Source: Candidatus Nanopelagicales bacterium
Lineage (GTDB): Bacteria > Actinomycetota > Actinomycetes > S36-B12
NCBI GenBank assembly: GCA_017857705.1
Contig: JAFMCP010000003.1
Location: 1 to 51,746 of the forward strand
Reading direction: 5' to 3'
DNA length: 51,746 bases
The notes under the pieces: model-generated
What the model was told of the DNA's origin: nothing
What the model saw: only the letters and a program-made list of their open reading frames with translations
The model's database searches: none
Shown: positions 47,585-51,746 of the stretch, in pieces
Layout: every line of letters begins with the position of its first letter
How positions within the stretch are numbered: position 1 is the first letter of the stretch
Position numbers and translations under genes: made by a program

Positions 47585-50500
47585 TCAGGGGCCGGTAAAC
47601 ACAATAGTGAAAAACTCGTGGAGCCAGTCTAGGAGTTGGGTATCTCGCAGTTCAGGAGCACCAATACCCGTACCCGAAGTCGGCTTAGGTACGAGCAAAA
47701 TGTGAGCAGCCTCCTTAATGGTCGTTCCCGGATAAATCCTCTGGACCCGCATACTTCGAGACTCTGGCAGCGTCACGGGTGATATCCGGATTGTTTTGCC
47801 CGCAGCGATAACCTCTTGCACCCCTGCTGCCTTAGCGGCAACCCGAAAACGAGCTACCCCTATGAGAGCCTCAAGTTCGCTGGGCATAGCACCGTAACGG
47901 TCTACCAGTTCGGCGCCAACCTCGTCAACGGCTTCATTGGTGCTGGCATCGGCTAAACGCTTATAAGCCTCGAGGCGCAATCGTTCCTGGGGGACGTAAT
48001 CTGTTGGAATGCTGGCATCGATCGGCAATTCAACCCGAACGTCATTGACCTCTTTGGCCGGTTCATTCTTGTATTCAGAGAGCGCTTCACCCACTAAGCG
48101 CAAATAAAGGTCAAAACCGACGTCGGCGATATGGCCACTTTGTTCACCTCCGAGCATGTTGCCAGCTCCTCGAATCTCCAGATCTTTAAGTGCTATTTGC
48201 ATTCCAGACCCAAGGTCGGTTCGTTGAGCAATTGTGGCTAGGCGTTCATGGGCCGTTTCCGTGAGAGGCTTATTGGGGTCGTATAGAAAATATGAGTAAG
48301 CGCGTTCGCGTCCTCGGCCCACTCGGCCACGTAGTTGATGCATTTGCGACAGGCCAAACTTGTCAGCACGGTCCACAATCAAGGTGTTCGCATTAGGGAT
48401 ATCAATCCCCGACTCAACGATTGTTGTGCACACAAGAACGTCGATTTCTTTCTCCCAGAATGCGACAATTACAGATTCCAGTGCGCCTTCACTCATTTGG
48501 CCGTGTGCTACAGCAATGCGTGCTTCCGGTATCAAAGTTCGAATTCTTGCTGCAACTCGATCAATTGACTCAACTCGATTGTGAATGAAAAAGACTTGAC
48601 CCTCACGTAAAAGTTCACGATGAATTGCAGCGGAAATTTGCTTCTCGTCGTAGGGACCAACGAAAGTGAGGACGGGGTGCCGCTCTTCGGGCGGTGTTTG
48701 GATGACCGACATCTCCCGAATACCCGTTACCGCCATTTCCAAGGTCCGAGGAATGGGAGTTGCACTCATGGCCAACACGTCGACATTGGTTCTCAATGCT
48801 TTTAGATGCTCTTTGTGTTCAACACCAAAACGCTGTTCTTCGTCGACGATTACCAAACCCAAGTCTTTAAATTTCACCGAAGGGGTTAGTAGCCGATGGG
48901 TACCGATCACAATGTCGACACTCCCCTGGGCCAACCCAGCAAGCGTCTCCTTAACCTGCGACGCCGGTGTAAACCTGGATAACGCGGCAACCGTGACGGG
49001 GAAAGCGCTATAGCGCTCGGAGAAAGTTGTGAAGTGTTGTTGGACTAAAAGTGTTGTGGGGACCAATAAAGCTACCTGCTTTCCATCTTGTACCGCCTTA
49101 AAGGCTGCACGGACAGCTATCTCGGTCTTGCCAAACCCAACGTCACCACACACCAAACGGTCCATGGGTATTTGTCGCTCCATGTCTCGCTTCACTTCGT
49201 CTATCGTGCTGAGCTGATCGGGTGTTTCAATGTAGGCAAAAGCATCTTCCAATTCGGCCTGCCACGGAGTATCAGCTCCGAATGCGTAGCCCTTGGATGA
49301 TTGTCGTGCCGCATAGAGCCGAATGAGTTCACCTGCGATTTGCTTAACAGCCTTGCGGGCACGACCTTTTGTTTTTTGCCAGTCTGCACCACCAAGTCGG
49401 TGAACACTGGGAGCTTCCCCACCTATGTAACGGGTAATCAAATCAAGCTGGTCCATTGGCACAAAGAGTCGATCTGCTGGTTGACCGCGCTTACTTGGCG
49501 CATACTCGATTATCAAATACTCGCGCTCTGCTCCACCAATTGTTCGGGTGATCATTTCAACATAACGTCCCACTCCATGATGTTCATGAACAATGTAGTC
49601 ACCCGAATTCAGGGTCAAGGGGTCAACAGCGCCACGGCGGCGAACCGGCATTTTTTTCAGATCCTTGGACAGCGACTTTGCGCCCATCAAGTCTGATTCG
49701 CTCAGTACCCAAAGTCGAGAATTCGCCAGATGAAAGCCCTTATCCACGGATGCGGTGATGAGTTGAGCAACCTTGGGCACTGCCGGGATCGACACTGAAT
49801 CAGCCTTGACCACACTGATTCCTTGGCTGCCAAATTCTTCAGCGATTCGATCAATTGACCCATGCCCCAGAGCAGTGATTACGACCGTGGAACCCGCCTC
49901 CAGTGCTTGAGCAATATCTTTTCCAGCAATCTCAGAGTCACCGTGGTAACCGCTGAATGCACTCGCTTCACAGTTGATCACGCGCTCATCAAGGTCACGG
50001 GGAAGTTGAGTGAGATTCCACACGCAACCATTTCGTGCACGCACTTGATCTACAACCTCGGACATGATTGTGAACATTGATCCAGCAAAATCAATGGGTG
50101 TCGCCCCACCGACCGCCGCACTATGCCAGCCAGCCGTTAAAAACTCTTCTGCCGTTTTAACAACATCAAGTGCCCTCGAATTAATTCGTTCCGGTTCCAT
50201 CAAAATTAACGATGACTCCGCTGGTAAGAGTTCATGTAGCGGTTTCATCTCACCGGCGAGCGCCGCGGATAGGGACTCCATCCCCTCAACAGCTATTCCG
50301 TTTGCAATCTGCTCGCACATTGCCGCCACTTCAACGTGGGCGGCTCCAAGCAGTTGGGCTTTCGCCTTGACCTCTTCGGTCAACAGGAGTTCGCGGACGG
50401 GTGGTGCCCACAGTCCATGCTCGGCAACATCCAGTGAACGCTGATCAACAACCGCGAAGTATCGAAGTTCTTCAACGTCATCTCCCCAGAACTCAATCCG

Positions 50501-51112
50501 AATTGGGTGCTCTTGGGTTGGTGGGAAAACATCGAGGATTCCTCCTCGCACGGCAATTTGACCACGACGGTCAACTAGGTCCACCCGTTCATACCCAAGC
50601 GCGACCAGTCCCTTAACGGTTTCGGTGAGGGAAGCCTTGTCCCCGACTTTCAACTCAACAGGATCCTGATCCCCGAGGTCGGCGACTATTGGTTGCAATG
50701 CGGCACGAACCGAGGTGATCAAGACCTTAATGGGAGCTGCGTGCACACTTCCAATAATCGGGTGAGCGAGTCGCCTCAACACAGCCATGCGCTTACCGAC
50801 CGTGTCAGCAGATGGTGAGAGCCGTTCATGAGGCAGCGTCTCCCAACTTGGGAATACCGCGATTCCTTCAGTGGGCAAATAGGCGCTGAGGTCAGCAGCT
50901 AATTCGTCGGCTGCCCGACCCGTTGTTGTCAGCACTAACGTAATACCCGTCCCCTGCTCGCTAGCGATCTTGGCAATCACCAGCGGGTAAATCACACTCG
51001 GGCCGACAAGATCAACCGTTTTTGCTACTTGGGAACTCTCAGCAATGGCCAAAAATGCCGGGTCGGCTTTGGTTAATTCAAGCAGGCCAGCAAGTGGTTG
51101 TGTCTTACTCAC
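47585..51112 (-). CDS. mfd: Transcription-repair coupling factor
   Basis: CarD-like RID (VHEHHGVGRY), CGDVGFGKTE, DEEQRFGV, MSATPIPRTL, QLRGRVGR, DLEIRGAGN.LG, TRCF C-terminus. Confidence 0.99.
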   Translation of the reverse strand: MSKTQPLAGLLELTKADPAFLAIAESSQVAKTVDLVGPSVIYPLVIAKIASEQGTGITLVLTTTGRAADELAADLSAYLPTEGIAVFPSWETLPHERLSPSADTVGKRMAVLRRLAHPIIGSVHAAPIKVLITSVRAALQPIVADLGDQDPVELKVGDKASLTETVKGLVALGYERVDLVDRRGQIAVRGGILDVFPPTQEHPIRIEFWGDDVEELRYFAVVDQRSLDVAEHGLWAPPVRELLLTEEVKAKAQLLGAAHVEVAAMCEQIANGIAVEGMESLSAALAGEMKPLHELLPAESSLILMEPERINSRALDVVKTAEEFLTAGWHSAAVGGATPIDFAGSMFTIMSEVVDQVRARNGCVWNLTQLPRDLDERVINCEASAFSGYHGDSEIAGKDIAQALEAGSTVVITALGHGSIDRIAEEFGSQGISVVKADSVSIPAVPKVAQLITASVDKGFHLANSRLWVLSESDLMGAKSLSKDLKKMPVRRRGAVDPLTLNSGDYIVHEHHGVGRYVEMITRTIGGAEREYLIIEYAPSKRGQPADRLFVPMDQLDLITRYIGGEAPSVHRLGGADWQKTKGRARKAVKQIAGELIRLYAARQSSKGYAFGADTPWQAELEDAFAYIETPDQLSTIDEVKRDMERQIPMDRLVCGDVGFGKTEIAVRAAFKAVQDGKQVALLVPTTLLVQQHFTTFSERYSAFPVTVAALSRFTPASQVKETLAGLAQGSVDIVIGTHRLLTPSVKFKDLGLVIVDEEQRFGVEHKEHLKALRTNVDVLAMSATPIPRTLEMAVTGIREMSVIQTPPEERHPVLTFVGPYDEKQISAAIHRELLREGQVFFIHNRVESIDRVAARIRTLIPEARIAVAHGQMSEGALESVIVAFWEKEIDVLVCTTIVESGIDIPNANTLIVDRADKFGLSQMHQLRGRVGRGRERAYSYFLYDPNKPLTETAHERLATIAQRTDLGSGMQIALKDLEIRGAGNMLGGEQSGHIADVGFDLYLRLVGEALSEYKNEPAKEVNDVRVELPIDASIPTDYVPQERLRLEAYKRLADASTNEAVDEVGAELVDRYGAMPSELEALIGVARFRVAAKAAGVQEVIAAGKTIRISPVTLPESRSMRVQRIYPGTTIKEAAHILLVPKPTSGTGIGAPELRDTQLLDWLHEFFTIVFTGP

Positions 51113-51746
51113 GCTCCCTGGGTTTCCTTAATGGCCCGCAGAACATGCGGATACAGATCAGCCCTGGACACCACGAGGTCGGTGACATAAGGAGGCATGT
51201 AATTAAAATAAATTGGATCCCCGTTCATGTGAGATGCAATAAGACCGTAATGCTCGGCCACAATGTATGGCGCCGCAACATCCCATTCGTAGAAGCCGGT
51301 GTTGTGCAAGTAAATGTCGGCGCGACCACACAGAATCTCGTTTACTTTTGCGCCAACGGATCCGACGTCCACAATTTCTACGCCACTATGTGAGATCCCA
51401 GCTTCAGTGAGTAATTCACCCAGTCGTGCAACTATCGCACCCAAACTAGCCGGTGGCCGTGATCGAGATGCGACTACGCGAATGACCGAATCTGCCGCGG
51501 CAACCACTTCAACTTCATCAAGGACACTTCTTGTCATTCCCTGCTCGGGGAGGTCTACGGTTCCCGCGCTGAGTTTTTGATCTTGGGTATCCCACAGTGC
51601 AATATGGACCGCAAAGTCTTTTCTGTTTTGCCCGTATTCCCAAGTGCCGTCCAGTGGGTCAACAATCCAGACGCGAGCCGCTTCTAGTCGAACCGAGTTG
51701 TCTTTTCCTTCTTCACTGAGAATTGCGTCAAGTGGTCGGGCAGTTG
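51109..51746 (-). CDS. cysQ: 3'(2'),5'-bisphosphate nucleotidase CysQ / inositol monophosphatase family (5' end outside window)
   Basis: The frame stays open beyond the listed ORF: AILSEEG...VWIVDPLDGTWEY...DFAVHIALW, then SRSR, GSVGAK, EWDVAAP. GTGA overlap with mfd. Confidence 0.85.
   Translation of the reverse strand, partial: TARPLDAILSEEGKDNSVRLEAARVWIVDPLDGTWEYGQNRKDFAVHIALWDTQDQKLSAGTVDLPEQGMTRSVLDEVEVVAAADSVIRVVASRSRPPASLGAIVARLGELLTEAGISHSGVEIVDVGSVGAKVNEILCGRADIYLHNTGFYEWDVAAPYIVAEHYGLIASHMNGDPIYFNYMPPYVTDLVVSRADLYPHVLRAIKETQGA

Overview
This window is mostly conserved actinobacterial core chromosome. The gene order (mfd-mazG-eno-divIC-DUF501-ppx-tRNA-Leu, then yccA-cbs-metB-greA-DUF4307-mca ... 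yyaL-cis-prenyltransferase-phoH2-fumarase-glpX-DUF4245-xseBA-ispH-rmuC-ychF) matches the order I recall for M. tuberculosis Rv1020-1026 and Rv1072-1112. GC content looks moderate and intergenic gaps are very short, which suggests a compact genome (inference). I saw no mobile element, integrase, CRISPR array or rRNA. About 55 CDS and one tRNA-Leu(TAA) are supported; both window ends cut a gene (typA, cysQ-like). The interesting material lies in small blocks inserted into the backbone and in the intergenic DNA: (1) a translationally coupled HEXXH metallohydrolase (TIGR04338-like)/DUF2786 pair of unknown function, my best candidate for an uncharacterised system; (2) a 57-codon tail-anchored membrane ORF below the ORF-track cutoff; (3) a decayed msiK/malK remnant beside a LacI-GH13 module, whose operator is nested inside an RBS-sequestering hairpin; (4) an Rpf/lysozyme-like secreted protein with CRP/GlxR-like sites; (5) a PafBC-type (RecA-NDp) promoter at rmuC; (6) an ACT-GNAT fusion; (7) a secreted sulfatase plus MFS transporter next to sulfur genes; and (8) leaderless TANNNT-N5-8-start promoter architecture at more than 20 genes. 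All family calls come from motif recognition by eye; no database search was run.
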